Positions 15,510-26,200 of a stretch of 64,000 nt of DNA are shown piece after piece (within the stretch, counting starts at the first letter, position 1; each line of letters opens with the position of its first letter). The position numbers and the translations under genes are program-made. The stretch covers positions 55,920 through 119,919 of the IMG/VR virus record IMGVR_UViG_3300012953_000017; one strand, written 5' to 3'. Source of the stretch: a virus. Below the pieces are notes generated by a model. The model did no database searches, had not been told where the DNA came from, and was given only the letters and a program-made list of their open reading frames with translations.

Positions 15510-16913
15510 CTAGTCTTCGTGATTGCTGACTTCTCGCCACTTTTTCTTGAGAAGATCTTTCATAGAATTTTCATCTTGTTTGACAGCTTCATCTAGAGTT
15601 AACTGATTTTCATCTAGTATTGTAATCTTAGACATTGCTGTGTCAATGTGAATAGGAAATACCAGACCATCCTTTCCGGCTCTATTTTTTGCAACAAAAA
15701 GCCTCCCAGATCCGGTAGACTTTTCCATTGCCTTCCTGGAAAGAGAAATAACCACGTCTGCAACCATGGCTTTTCCATAAGCTTCTGACATATTCTCCAA
15801 GCCTACAATATCTGATTTAGCAGAATCTCTATTAGCCTGCGACGCTGTCCATATAGGCACGTTCATGTCCATAGAAAGATTTCTTAGCTCCTCGTATATT
15901 AGTTTAAGCTCATGACGCAAAGAGTCATAGGCTCTTGTCGAACGCATAATATCTGCGTAATCAATAATAATGAGGCTCGGGATAAAACCTTTCAACATTA
16001 ACTTTTCAATATGATTTCTAATAGTAATAACTGAAGCAGATCCAGTTGGATACTCTTTAATGATAAGCCTTCCTAACTCTCCATCTTTGTACCTCTCCAA
16101 GACCTTCTTTTTGTTATCTTGGACATCGTTACTGGCAATGTCACATAAATTTGAGTCGTATCTAAGACCTACAGCATGCTCGGAAAGCTCAAATGTGTAA
16201 TGAATTACGTTTTTTCCGGCCTTCATCGCATTGGCGCCCATTTGTACCAAATAATGACTCTTTCCTACACCTGTATTTGCTGTAACAACACCAATTTCTC
16301 CTCTTCCGAGCCCTCCTCGCAAGATGTCTTTTTCATCTAGGCGAGGAATTCCTGTAGGGCATGCAACCCTGGAGACTTTGACAAAGCGAGCGTCAGCATC
16401 TTCAAAAAAGTCGTGTCCTGTTGAGTTAGGCATGCCTACTGCTACAGCCTGCTTCATAAGCGTCACAACACTTTCAAATTTGTCTGTTTGAATTAAGTCT
16501 ACAGCACTCTCTAGTGCTTCTTTAAATGCTTGACGTTTACAAAAATCAAGTGACTTGTCTTTGACATAGTTGATGTCGCCCATATTAGGGTTTGATTTGA
16601 CTCGATGCAAAAATTCAACGATCTGATCTCTAAGAATTATGTCGTTGCCTTCAGAAAGGTCATCCTTAATAATTGAGACAAGCAAAGGTAGCGTGGGGAA
16701 ACATTTGTATTTCTTAAAATAGTTAAAATATTTTTCAGACAAATAAGACAAATACCTTACATCAAAAAATGTAGGATCCATTACTTCAATCATCTGTGAT
16801 CCCCAGTCGTGGTCTGTCAACAGTCCTTGAAATATCTTTTCCTGAAACGTCTTTCCATATTTCCGGAAGTGTGCGTCTCCGACGGAGGGCGCAAATTTAA
16901 TATCGTCTGGCAC
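15510..16913 (-). CDS. DnaB-like replicative helicase (T4 gp41-like)
   Basis: Walker A ANTGVGKS, IIKEYPT, IIDYAD, TASQANR, AKNRAG; GTG start with AGGAG SD. Confidence 0.93.
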   Translation of the reverse strand: MPDDIKFAPSVGDAHFRKYGKTFQEKIFQGLLTDHDWGSQMIEVMDPTFFDVRYLSYLSEKYFNYFKKYKCFPTLPLLVSIIKDDLSEGNDIILRDQIVEFLHRVKSNPNMGDINYVKDKSLDFCKRQAFKEALESAVDLIQTDKFESVVTLMKQAVAVGMPNSTGHDFFEDADARFVKVSRVACPTGIPRLDEKDILRGGLGRGEIGVVTANTGVGKSHYLVQMGANAMKAGKNVIHYTFELSEHAVGLRYDSNLCDIASNDVQDNKKKVLERYKDGELGRLIIKEYPTGSASVITIRNHIEKLMLKGFIPSLIIIDYADIMRSTRAYDSLRHELKLIYEELRNLSMDMNVPIWTASQANRDSAKSDIVGLENMSEAYGKAMVADVVISLSRKAMEKSTGSGRLFVAKNRAGKDGLVFPIHIDTAMSKITILDENQLTLDEAVKQDENSMKDLLKKKWREVSNHED

Positions 16914-16924
16914 TCTATTTACTC

Positions 16925-17878
16925 CTAACACTTAATTGTGCACATTGACATAAAAAATGAATCAACATCAAAGTTTTTTACACCTTCACGGTGTAACACT
17001 CTCATTAATGCTATTTTATTACGTGTAGGCTCAAAAGTATTGACCCCACCTATGATTTTTTTAATTTGACTCGCAGACAAAACAGAAAGTCCTAAATTCA
17101 TAACCTTCCAATTTATTCTTGCACGTTCTGCGGACTCGATTATATTAGAATAGACTTTTACTTTTGACTGACTTGCCATTTTTAAAGATGTCTCAATAAT
17201 ATCTTCAACTGTTATTTCTTCGTCCGAAGCTAGCGAAGGAAACCTTTTAGACATTGTTTTAAAACCTGCACCCTTAATTCCCGGAAGCCCATCAGAAGGG
17301 TCACCAGTAAAACATCTTGTTACGCAAAAATTATGACACTTTACACCAAATTTTCTCATTACATGCTCTTTATTAACAAAAGCTTTTTGGCCAGGGGACC
17401 ACTGTATTACTTTGTCAGACAAAAGCTGATATAAGTCTTTATCTGAAGAGACTATTACACACCTTTCCTTTTCGTAAACGTACTTGCAAAGATATGCTAT
17501 TACATCATCCGCTTCGCAGTCGGACACGTAGATTTGATTGACAGGCACTTGCTTTAAGCATTCTATTAAAAGAGAAAGCTGAACGTCTCTGTTTTCAACA
17601 GTGTCAGGAATTTCATCTGCATAGAATCTATTTAGCCTTTGAGGTCTCCTACCTTGCTTATATTCCGGAAAGATTGCTCTCCTTCTAGAAGAACCTCCTC
17701 CTTCCCATGCGACGACTACGTGTTTAGGTTGAATTCTCTCACACAGAAGTCGGACACCTTTTAGAAAGCCTACAAGGCCGCCTACGTGATCGCCAGACTC
17801 ATTCATTGTAGGATTAACAACGAAGTGACGCATAAACAAATTTAACCCATCAATTAAGAGTATGGGTCGCTCTTTCAT
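16925..17878 (-). CDS. 5'-3' exonuclease / flap endonuclease (T4 RNase H / PolI N-terminal type)
   Basis: LLIDG.N, YKQGR, EADDVIA, SSDKDLYQL, GDPSDGLPGIKG. Confidence 0.93.
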   Translation of the reverse strand: MKERPILLIDGLNLFMRHFVVNPTMNESGDHVGGLVGFLKGVRLLCERIQPKHVVVAWEGGGSSRRRAIFPEYKQGRRPQRLNRFYADEIPDTVENRDVQLSLLIECLKQVPVNQIYVSDCEADDVIAYLCKYVYEKERCVIVSSDKDLYQLLSDKVIQWSPGQKAFVNKEHVMRKFGVKCHNFCVTRCFTGDPSDGLPGIKGAGFKTMSKRFPSLASDEEITVEDIIETSLKMASQSKVKVYSNIIESAERARINWKVMNLGLSVLSASQIKKIIGGVNTFEPTRNKIALMRVLHREGVKNFDVDSFFMSMCTIKC

Positions 17879-17879
17879 T

Positions 17880-19067
17880 TTATGCCTCCGGGTCGATCAC
17901 TAGGTCTTCTTCAATCTCCATTGCGACAGATCTTACTTCTTCATAAGAGTCTGTGTCGATGTCCATTCCTTCTGCTGAAGACATCTTTCTAACGAGTGCT
18001 CTTTCTAAAAGATCTGAAATATAGTCAGAGTACTCTGGGTTGGCGATAACTTCATTAAATTCTGCTTTGTAGAATTTTTTCTCTGCAAACACCTCACCGG
18101 TTTTTCCATCCGAAACTGTGAGTGTCTTCCAAGAACCCGACCCTGCTACTTCGACCTGCTTGCCGCCAATCACTTCAGGTCCGTGTTTTCTAAGAAGGTC
18201 AAATATTTGCTCGTGTTCTACAATTCCTTTGCCGAAATGAATTTCAAAATTACAAGATCTGAAAGGAGGCGCTACTTTGCACTTTACTGTCTTGGCGGAA
18301 ACATTAATGCCCACCACTTCCTTTTCTTTGTTTGTGATTTTTTGTCCTGCTCCCAGCTTGATTCGTACAGATGAGTGAAAAGGGATTGCCTTACCGCCGG
18401 GAGTAGTATCAGGATCTCCATACATGACTCCAATTTTTGTTCTAATCTGGTTAAGTATTACAAACAGAACGTTCTGTTCGCCTATTACTCCTGTTATCTT
18501 GCGCATGCCTTTTGAGATAGCGCGGGCTTGAAGACCAATAGAGTCTTTGTCGTAGTCTCCTATGAGTTCTGCTTTTGGAGAAGATGCTGCGACAGAGTCC
18601 CACACAATCGTAATTGGGACATCTTTATCCATTGCTTTGGCTTTCATAATAGTAGCTTCTGCAATAGAAAGCACTTCTTCTGTACAGTGTGTATCAACGT
18701 ACACAAACCGCTTCTCAATGTCAACACCTAGCAAACCTAAATTTTCAACAGAAGTTGCGTTTTCAGTATCAATATAGACTACAATTCCGCCTAGCTGCTG
18801 AGTAGAGCGGGCGATTTGAATAGCAATATGAGACTTTCCAATAGAGGGTGGCCCAAAGATTTCTATGATTCTTCCTTCTGGCAATCCACCGTCTCGTCGA
18901 TTTGAAATAATATAATCAAGTTGCTTAGACCCTGTAGAGATCCATCGCTTTACATGTGTTGGTGCGGTATCGTACGCAAGGTTGTAAGCTACCCTGCTTC
19001 CGTGTTCTTTGTTGAGTGATTTAATCAAGTCATTTGTAAAATCGCTCGGCGCTTTTGTTCGAGACAC
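17880..19067 (-). CDS. recA: RecA/UvsX recombinase
   Basis: ISTGS, GRIIEIFGPPSIGKS, DSVAA, GLQAR, NQIR, TPGGKA; GTG start with AGGAGG SD. Confidence 0.95.
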   Translation of the reverse strand: MSRTKAPSDFTNDLIKSLNKEHGSRVAYNLAYDTAPTHVKRWISTGSKQLDYIISNRRDGGLPEGRIIEIFGPPSIGKSHIAIQIARSTQQLGGIVVYIDTENATSVENLGLLGVDIEKRFVYVDTHCTEEVLSIAEATIMKAKAMDKDVPITIVWDSVAASSPKAELIGDYDKDSIGLQARAISKGMRKITGVIGEQNVLFVILNQIRTKIGVMYGDPDTTPGGKAIPFHSSVRIKLGAGQKITNKEKEVVGINVSAKTVKCKVAPPFRSCNFEIHFGKGIVEHEQIFDLLRKHGPEVIGGKQVEVAGSGSWKTLTVSDGKTGEVFAEKKFYKAEFNEVIANPEYSDYISDLLERALVRKMSSAEGMDIDTDSYEEVRSVAMEIEEDLVIDPEA

Positions 19068-19104
19068 TCTAGACCTCCTGGGACTGGATAGTAATATAAT
19101 AAAG

Positions 19105-19140
19105 AGGTTTGCTCAGGAAGTACAATTCCTGAGCAAACCT
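19105..19140 (-). terminator. 15-bp perfect inverted repeat after ssb; probable terminator overlapping a putative recA promoter
   Basis: AGGTTTGCTCAGGAA-gtacaa-TTCCTGAGCAAACCT, followed by a weak T-rich tail on the minus strand. Confidence 0.6.
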
Positions 19141-19151
19141 TATTTAGAGGC

Positions 19152-19958
19152 TTATAGATCTTCTAGATCTGCAAAAGCGGCATCCAAACTCTTGTACTTG
19201 GTGCTTTCACTCGACTTACTTTTTCCTGCGGAAGTCTCTTCGGAAAGAGAATCGGCAGGAGAATCGAACTTTGCGCCGCCTCGAGGACTATCGTCGGTCT
19301 CTTCATCTGATGTTAGCCAATCATTTACGATTTTTTCAAGCTCTTCATACGTCTTGAGTGTGTATAGATCATCTAAGTCAGGAATGCTATCAGACCACTG
19401 CTGTGACTGGTCTTCAGTCTTAGCAAGAGATGTACTTTTTCCTCGCGGGCGGACCTCTGTGGTTGCCCACATTCGACCAGGCGCCTTGGTGCAAACCACT
19501 TTGACATCTCGACCGTCTTCTGGATCAGTGATATCTCCGTAATCTTCGTCGAGCATAATATTAAGCAAAGACTGGTATACTGTCTTACCAAATGCCCAAA
19601 TTCTTACACCCTTGTCTTCTTCTCCACGAACTACAACAGGAGCATAGCTTCTCATCTTAGGGTAAAGCTTCTTAGCGAGCTCGTATGACTCTTTAGAGCC
19701 ATCGTCGCGGAGCTTGTTAATTAATTCTTGAATAGGATCAGGCTTCCCGAACTGATATGGGGCTAACAAGCCCGGGTTGTTTCCTACGTTATAATAAAAC
19801 CAGCGCTCCTTAAAAGGCTGGCCGTCGTTGTCTGGAAATGAAAGAAGGCGAACAGTGTGCTCTTCTCCTTCTTGTGGGCGCCACGTAACATTTCGGCGGC
19901 TATTATTGCCAGAAAGTTGTCCTAGCTTCTTTCGAATTGCGTCAAAGTCAATTGCCAT
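19152..19958 (-). CDS. single-stranded DNA-binding protein (T4 gp32-like)
   Basis: W.P..GE..VRLL, VRIWAFGKTVY, DYGDITD...GRD, acidic tail ending AFADLEDL. Confidence 0.85.
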   Translation of the reverse strand: MAIDFDAIRKKLGQLSGNNSRRNVTWRPQEGEEHTVRLLSFPDNDGQPFKERWFYYNVGNNPGLLAPYQFGKPDPIQELINKLRDDGSKESYELAKKLYPKMRSYAPVVVRGEEDKGVRIWAFGKTVYQSLLNIMLDEDYGDITDPEDGRDVKVVCTKAPGRMWATTEVRPRGKSTSLAKTEDQSQQWSDSIPDLDDLYTLKTYEELEKIVNDWLTSDEETDDSPRGGAKFDSPADSLSEETSAGKSKSSESTKYKSLDAAFADLEDL

Positions 19959-19977
19959 TTTTTAACTCCTTAATTTT

Positions 19978-20052
19978 TAATGGTCAAATGTGATCTTTAA
20001 TATAAAGTCAACATGTAAGTCTAAATTTAAATGTTCAAATGTTCAAATGTAT
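19978..20052. repeat. 8-bp imperfect repeats (AAATGTTC family) in the ssb leader
   Basis: TAATGGTC 19978, AAATGTGA 19986, AAATGTTC 20029 and 20037, AAATGTAT 20045. Confidence 0.5.
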
Positions 20053-20063
20053 GTGTGTATCAG

Positions 20064-20366
20064 CTATTTTTTTGGAAGGTACCAGCTGGCACCGCCAGAA
20101 GGGGCTGAAGCCTTTCTTTTCTTTTTTCTCTTCTTTGCTGGGTAGGTTGCGTCTCGTCCTAAAGGTGCTGTAGAGCCGGCTAGCTTTCCGGAAGGAGCTC
20201 CAGCAGCTCCTATAGCAGAAGCTTCTTTCTGGTCTTCTTCTTCGTTAGGCATGTCAGGCTCGATTAACAAGTTCTCAGGAGGCTGCTCTTTTTTGTCTTC
20301 AGGGTCATCAATTTGGTCAACCTCTTCTAGAAGAACAGCTCTAATATATTTTCTTAAAAACTTCAT
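20064..20366 (-). CDS. hypothetical protein with N-terminal FLRKYIRAVLLEE motif
   Basis: SD AGGAG; ATATTTA motif at 20382-20388. Confidence 0.7.
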   Translation of the reverse strand: MKFLRKYIRAVLLEEVDQIDDPEDKKEQPPENLLIEPDMPNEEEDQKEASAIGAAGAPSGKLAGSTAPLGRDATYPAKKRKKKRKASAPSGGASWYLPKK

Positions 20367-20406
20367 AAAATCTCCTACCTTTAAATATGTCTAGAGAAGG
20401 AGATTG

Positions 20407-20994
20407 TTAGACGTCTAATTTATCCTTATGATGGACCATTTGTTTTGCTTGCTGTAAAATCAGTGCTAGCGTAGGCTCTGACCCTACATAGAACCTATTT
20501 TCTTCAAAATGGCTTCCTTGGGCTAGCTGTACAGCAACCCATTCTTCTTGTGTTAAGCTCACTCCAAAGTGCTGCAGTAGAAAAAGAGTCCTGTGTGACA
20601 CTGACATCTTTTCTAGACTCTCGTTGTACTTATACATCTGGCCTAGCTTTTCTCGGTGCCACTCAGAGTCTTGTTCGACAAACAAGTCATTCTCTAGGTC
20701 ACCTACTTTTCCTATATCGTGAAGCAGGCCTACCTTTAAAATAGAAGTTACCGGGACTTTTAAGTTTTGAGACTTGTTGATGGTACGCATACAAGCTGTT
20801 ACAGCAAGCGCGTGTTCGACCATACCACCAGGATAGGCTCCGCTTTGATCTAGTTTTGGAGCAGAAGGTGTCATCACTAGTCTTTCTCCTAGTGATTCTA
20901 ACAGATCTCCAACACCATACTTGGCAGCCTTATTACACAAGTTTTCATAAGTCTCCCAATTAGACTTTACTTTTTCAAAATCAACAGATGACAA
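20407..20994 (-). CDS. HD-domain phosphohydrolase (YhaM-like)
   Basis: AYPGGMVEH and LLHDIGK motifs. Confidence 0.8.
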   Translation of the reverse strand: MSSVDFEKVKSNWETYENLCNKAAKYGVGDLLESLGERLVMTPSAPKLDQSGAYPGGMVEHALAVTACMRTINKSQNLKVPVTSILKVGLLHDIGKVGDLENDLFVEQDSEWHREKLGQMYKYNESLEKMSVSHRTLFLLQHFGVSLTQEEWVAVQLAQGSHFEENRFYVGSEPTLALILQQAKQMVHHKDKLDV

Positions 20995-20997
20995 TTT

Positions 20998-21432
20998 CTA
21001 CTCCTGTGGTTTATCTTCTTTCTTTGGTGGTGGCACCTCAGATAATTCATAAAATGCAGCATGCAAATCGTTTGCAGCATTAGAACTGTACTTTATAAAA
21101 GTCGTTCTAATGTCATGATCATTATTATCATTCTCGGATTTTACGTATAAGATCGTCAAGACCTTTGCAATTGATTGTTCTAGCTCCGTATTCTCTCCAG
21201 GCCAGGCAACAAACCACATGTCATTGACTCCTGCGCAGTTTTTTGTGCGTGAAGGCATCGCGTACATGCCAAAAACTGGGAAAGAATATTGCTCGTCAGG
21301 TACGCAGTTAGCTTTTACAAAATCTACGTTGACATTTAAGTAAGGATCTACGGGGATGTTTGATGTCTGTGTTTTACACCCTGAAACTGTGAACAACACT
21401 GCTGCAAAAAGAATTACTTTAATATACTTCAT
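20998..21432 (-). CDS. putative lipoprotein
   Basis: MKYIKVILFAAVLFTVSGC lipobox; GGAGG SD. Confidence 0.7.
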   Translation of the reverse strand: MKYIKVILFAAVLFTVSGCKTQTSNIPVDPYLNVNVDFVKANCVPDEQYSFPVFGMYAMPSRTKNCAGVNDMWFVAWPGENTELEQSIAKVLTILYVKSENDNNDHDIRTTFIKYSSNAANDLHAAFYELSEVPPPKKEDKPQE

Positions 21433-21447
21433 GAAACCTCCAGTACA

Positions 21448-21476
21448 AGTATACCTTATTGAGGTTGCCATGTACA
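21448..21476 (-). promoter_or_regulatory. putative sigma70-like early/middle promoter TGTACA-N17-TATACT
   Basis: Same TGTAC(A/T)-N16/17-TAtnnT layout upstream of 1616, 19067, 21432 and 23233. Confidence 0.5.
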
Positions 21477-21480
21477 CTAA

Positions 21481-21990
21481 TTAACCGAACCTTATTGACA
21501 GGCCTCCGCCTCCGGTTTCTAGAGTTACATCTTGTGTCAAATCTGAAAGCTTTCCAGTGTTTTGTGCAGCCACCAAAACATGTTCCATAAAGTATACACC
21601 GTCTCTTGGTTTAAGTGCCTTAACTGATATGTTTATTTGTTTTGATCCGTCCTGTCGTGTTATTAAACTAGCACCTACATAAGCAGCTGCCATCACATCA
21701 GTTCCGTATATCGCGCTTCTAACAAGACCTAGAATTTTTTCGACATCTGTATCTGCATCAGGTACTTCAGCACCGAGATCACCTAATAGGCCTCCTGGAT
21801 CGGATTCTACTCGGGCTTTCGATCCCGCGATAGCTGCACTGTGTCGTCCTTTTCCGTACTTTGCGATGACTTTGCCTGATATCTTTTTCTTTTTTGGCTT
21901 CTGTTGAGTTTTTGAGGCGGGCTTTTCAGAGCTCTCCCCTTCAAAAAGAATTCTTTGAATTTGCTTTCTTATATAATTTTCAGCATTCAT
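21481..21990 (-). CDS. hypothetical protein with N-terminal YIRKQIQRILFE motif
   Basis: GGAG SD; ATATTTA motif at 22008-22014. Confidence 0.7.
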   Translation of the reverse strand: MNAENYIRKQIQRILFEGESSEKPASKTQQKPKKKKISGKVIAKYGKGRHSAAIAGSKARVESDPGGLLGDLGAEVPDADTDVEKILGLVRSAIYGTDVMAAAYVGASLITRQDGSKQINISVKALKPRDGVYFMEHVLVAAQNTGKLSDLTQDVTLETGGGGLSIRFG

Positions 21991-22006
21991 TAAGCTCTCC
22001 ATACAA

Positions 22007-23233
22007 TTAAATATTATCTTGAGAAGAGATGATCTCTAGAGATGTTGGAAAATGACCCATATCTAAGTCGATGCCTTGTTCTGCAACATTTTTTATGTAT
22101 TCAAAACCTTCTGCATCTACATCAAAAATAATTGCATCATGTATTAGAAACAAGGGTTTAATATTTTTTGTCCTGGTTTTACTAATGATAACTTCAAAAC
22201 CTGACATTGCAACATCAACCGAGGTACTCTGTATAAAATGACTTACTAGGACATGTGATTCAAAAGCATCGGTTTGTAATGGTCTTCCAAAATAATTTGA
22301 TATTTTTTTATGAGTCAACAGCTGCCCTTTTAAGTTTCTTTCCAACTCAGCAACAGAAAAGTATTTTCTAACTTCTCTGACAATTCTTCTAGATTCAGAC
22401 TCACTACCTAAAAGATTAGCTAGACGCTTAATAGAAACTCCGTAAATAGCGCAGAGAACAGCCAGCTTTACAGTTTTTCTTTCTTGTTCTCCGGAAAAAA
22501 TAAAATTTGCGACATCATTATAAATGTCACTTTTGGCTGTGCCTCCTGCGACAAATCTACAAACTCTAGGCTCCAATGAGACAAAGTCTACTTGAACTAT
22601 TTTTCCATCTTGGTAACGAGACTTTAAAATATCTCTATATTTTGAAGACAGAGTTAAAATACTAGGGCCTGTATCTACGATCATCCTTCCAGTAACCGTT
22701 TTAGAAAGAGAATATTTTGCTAGTTTGCAAAAGCCATCTTTTTCTGGGATAAAAGATTTTAGTGCAGAAACTACAGAAGGGCCTGAGCTTGACTCTTGAA
22801 TGTATCTCTTAATTTTATTTTCATCTACGATACTTCTTGTTAACGCTAGAAGGACTTTCTGATTTGCCATTAGGGTTTGTATATAGCCTGTGCTTTCTAA
22901 TGATTCTAGAGCACTCTGGGACCTTCTAAGAAACTCCTGTATAGAAGATTTAAAAACATGTGTGGGCATACACATGTGCATGGGTATTAACAGATCTTTT
23001 GTATCTATTTGTAATTCACTAAAAGACACGGCAAATCGATCGGGAAATATTTCTTTAATATCATCGCCTGATATTCTTAAGGCTTCTTTAATCGAAGAAG
23101 CTCTTTCGGACGAAAATACCCATGCATTTAATGGGATTTCATCGCTCCAGGATAGGCCACTAGTGTCAGTACAATATACTAGGTGCTTTTTGGTTCCTGT
23201 CGCTCGTTTGTCGATGCATATAAACACGTACAA
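22007..23233 (-). CDS. polA: compact family A DNA polymerase
   Basis: TVTGR, motif A DFVSLEPR, motif B RKTVKLAVLCAIYG, NYFGR, IQST, motif C IHDA. Confidence 0.82.
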   Translation of the reverse strand: MYVFICIDKRATGTKKHLVYCTDTSGLSWSDEIPLNAWVFSSERASSIKEALRISGDDIKEIFPDRFAVSFSELQIDTKDLLIPMHMCMPTHVFKSSIQEFLRRSQSALESLESTGYIQTLMANQKVLLALTRSIVDENKIKRYIQESSSGPSVVSALKSFIPEKDGFCKLAKYSLSKTVTGRMIVDTGPSILTLSSKYRDILKSRYQDGKIVQVDFVSLEPRVCRFVAGGTAKSDIYNDVANFIFSGEQERKTVKLAVLCAIYGVSIKRLANLLGSESESRRIVREVRKYFSVAELERNLKGQLLTHKKISNYFGRPLQTDAFESHVLVSHFIQSTSVDVAMSGFEVIISKTRTKNIKPLFLIHDAIIFDVDAEGFEYIKNVAEQGIDLDMGHFPTSLEIISSQDNI

Positions 23234-23260
23234 TCATATACTAACATGAATTTGTGTACA

Positions 23261-26200
23261 TTATTCTTGTGATCCTGCATCATGATCAGCGATGACCGTA
23301 AGAGCTTTCTGCACGTTGCCTATTAACCCTTCGTACTTACCGTACGTGTCTAACTGAATCATTTTTACATTTGTAGTAAATGTTCCTTGCCCTATGGAGT
23401 GATCTATACCTGTCACTGCGTATACGTTGTCAGCACTAGTTCCTGTTCCAAAATCAACAAAAAATTGTTGTCCAAAGTTAAATAGTGGACACCCAAATGT
23501 CTCCAGGGTCATTTCTGTCGGTGATATTCTCATTGGTACGCCTGCATCTCTAGAGCCTTGTGGATCTTGCGGGCTTCCAAAACCTTGACGCTGCATATTA
23601 ATTGTTGCCAACTGAGGATTGTTTATAGATTGAACAGAAGCTTTAATAACACCTGAAGCAGAGCCTCCGTATATTATTGTTGGCATTGTTGTAGAAACCC
23701 ATTTTTTAAGTGCCGGGAACCCTCCTTTTATGCGAAAGTTAGGTTGTGGGAACTCTTCTACAGACAATTCATTTGCAGTTGCACCGGTATTTATCGGCAG
23801 TGCCTCTAAAAGACCATCGGAAACTGCAGACTTTAGATGTTCTTTAAACATTTTTTGATGCTCAGAGTTTGCTGAGCCTTCTCTTGCTACTTTGGCTGCA
23901 TCCTTTGATATTACACCAATAGAATCTTTTGTAGCAGCTTCGAGCATCTGGCCTACGGTCTCATACGACGTTGCTTGACTGTCATATATGTGCATTCTTA
24001 AAATGGATCTCTCTCCTCCTGATGGTTGTGAGCCCGGGTCACCTTGGTCTCCAGATTCAGCCTGTGTTGGGTCTGGCCTTTGAGGAACACATTCCACCCT
24101 AACTTGAATTTGAGGTTTTTTAAACTGCTGAGTTCCAGCCTCACCGTAAGCATGCGCCAAAATTTCTTGCTTCTTGTTAAAAAGCTTAGTTTCGTCTTCA
24201 AACTTTTTTGAGACTTTTGCTTTCTTTAAATCTTCCTTATCTCTTTTGGAGTAGATTTTAGTCATTCCGTAGCCCGGGGCACCAGGATAGCTTAAAAAAG
24301 CAGAATTCATAAAACTCATAAACTTTCTAATGGGTAAGTTCGCTGTCGTTTTAGTTTCTTCTTTAAACATAGTTTCAAAGTCGTCAATAGCAATTGGAAA
24401 CTGTGCGATATTATAGTCTTTCATATAAGAAGCTTTGGCATTAAAGCAATAGAAAATAAATTGCATTTCATCATACTTTCCAGTAGAAGATATTGGGAGA
24501 CCTAAAAACACAGAGAAAATTTTTCCTAAGGACACGTATTTTCTTTTCTTTTTTTCCTTGTCAATTTTTAAATCTTTTGTGTCCAAATTACAAAGCCACG
24601 GGTCTTCAGTTTCTTTTAGCAACTTCATCTTACGTTGAACTTCTTGCTGAATAGTGTCTTTAAGTGATGCCATAGCACCACCTTTGCCGTCGGCTTTAGG
24701 ACCATAAAGAGTTGTCAAGCTATCTCTAAGCTGGCCCATATCAGAACCTGAATCCTTTCCTCTATTTGTTTGTATAAATTTTTTAATTTTTTTCATCGTC
24801 TCCTTGTCTAAAGAGACTGCTCTAGAAGTTGAAGAAGCTGCTCCTAAAAAGTCAAATCCTTTAGTTTGAGCAGATCCACCTCCAGCTCCTGAAACTTTTC
24901 TTCTAAGTAGAGATATCGCACTTGTTAGCTTGTTAATGACATCGACTTGCTCTTCAACTTTGCCGCCGCGGCCTATGTTGACAGTATGCATGTCATTTCC
25001 GCCCATCATTGCAAGCTTTAAATCTATTTCTACTTGTCCTTCCTCTGTAAAAGAAAAAGAAGAATTTACAACTTGATACTTTTCTTTGCACCTTAAGTTT
25101 CCTAGGAACCATCCGAACGGGCTTCCGTGTATTCGAATGCCTTCTGCGTGTATTGCATTATCAGGATGAGACCACCCGTACTCTATCAGTAACTGGACCA
25201 TACCAAACATGTCAGGTTTTACCAAGGGAGCAATCTCAGCAAGTCTAGACCTATCATGTAAGGTTATTTTAAGACTGGCAGATTTATATGCCATCATTCC
25301 TGTAGAAGGTGCAACATTAATCGAGAGATCACCTAGTGTCATAAAAGGACGAAACCTATCAACAATTGGTGCTGCTCTTTTTCCTCCTGAAGTTAGCTTT
25401 AGGCCGTCATCAGGTTCTCCTTCAATCTTTGTATTGACATCCTGCCAAGCTGGGTCATCGTACTCATAGTGTATTTCATCGCCCGGGACAAGAGTCTGGG
25501 GCGAAGTAAACAATTCCATTCCAGCACTAGCAATTCCTGGAGCAACAGCTTTGGCCTTTGCATCCGCATTTTGTGCGTCAGTTGCAGACGGATCAGCCTG
25601 AGCCTGCCCACTTTGATAGTCTTTTAAAATTTCTGAATCTACTGCGCCGGCGAGAGTGTAATTTGCAGACCCCATCTTCACAGCTGCATTTCCTAAAATA
25701 AACTGCCCTAGAGACAAAGCTTGAATTCTTCCGTATTTATTTTCTGCATCTGCTGCCAGAGGTGCTACTTTACTTATGACACTTATATCAATGACAGGAA
25801 CACATCTAGACATCTCTATAGACGGAATGCAATTTAAAAATAAAGTTATCGCTCCAGTGTCCCTAGACGATATATTGAAATTCACAGGAAAAACCTGATA
25901 GCAAGAGATTGCAGGTGCATGAGGTGCCCTAGGACTCGTAGGTTTTGAGTTAACGGGTGCTTCGTTGTCTTCAGAAGCATCCGGGGATGCGATGCCTAAC
26001 ATCCTGTTCATTGAATATACATTCTGACCTTCAGGAAGACCTGTGCCTTGATCGTCCATTTTTGACTTATCGTGAATAATAGGCGCCTTGTCATCAGAAG
26101 AGAAGTCGTCATGGCCGTCGTATACGACTCGCAACATTTTTCTTGCGTCTTCCGCAGTCATTCCATCATCTGTTTCTTGGCCTGATGCCCAAGTCTCATA

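Noticed and set aside
13025-19067. Inteins or introns in nrdJ, helicase or recA
   Set aside because: Lengths are ordinary, motifs are contiguous, and I saw no intein splice or homing-endonuclease motifs.
19009-19542. 177-aa plus-strand ORF across ssb and recA
   Set aside because: Antisense to two well-supported genes, Ser-rich and without motifs.
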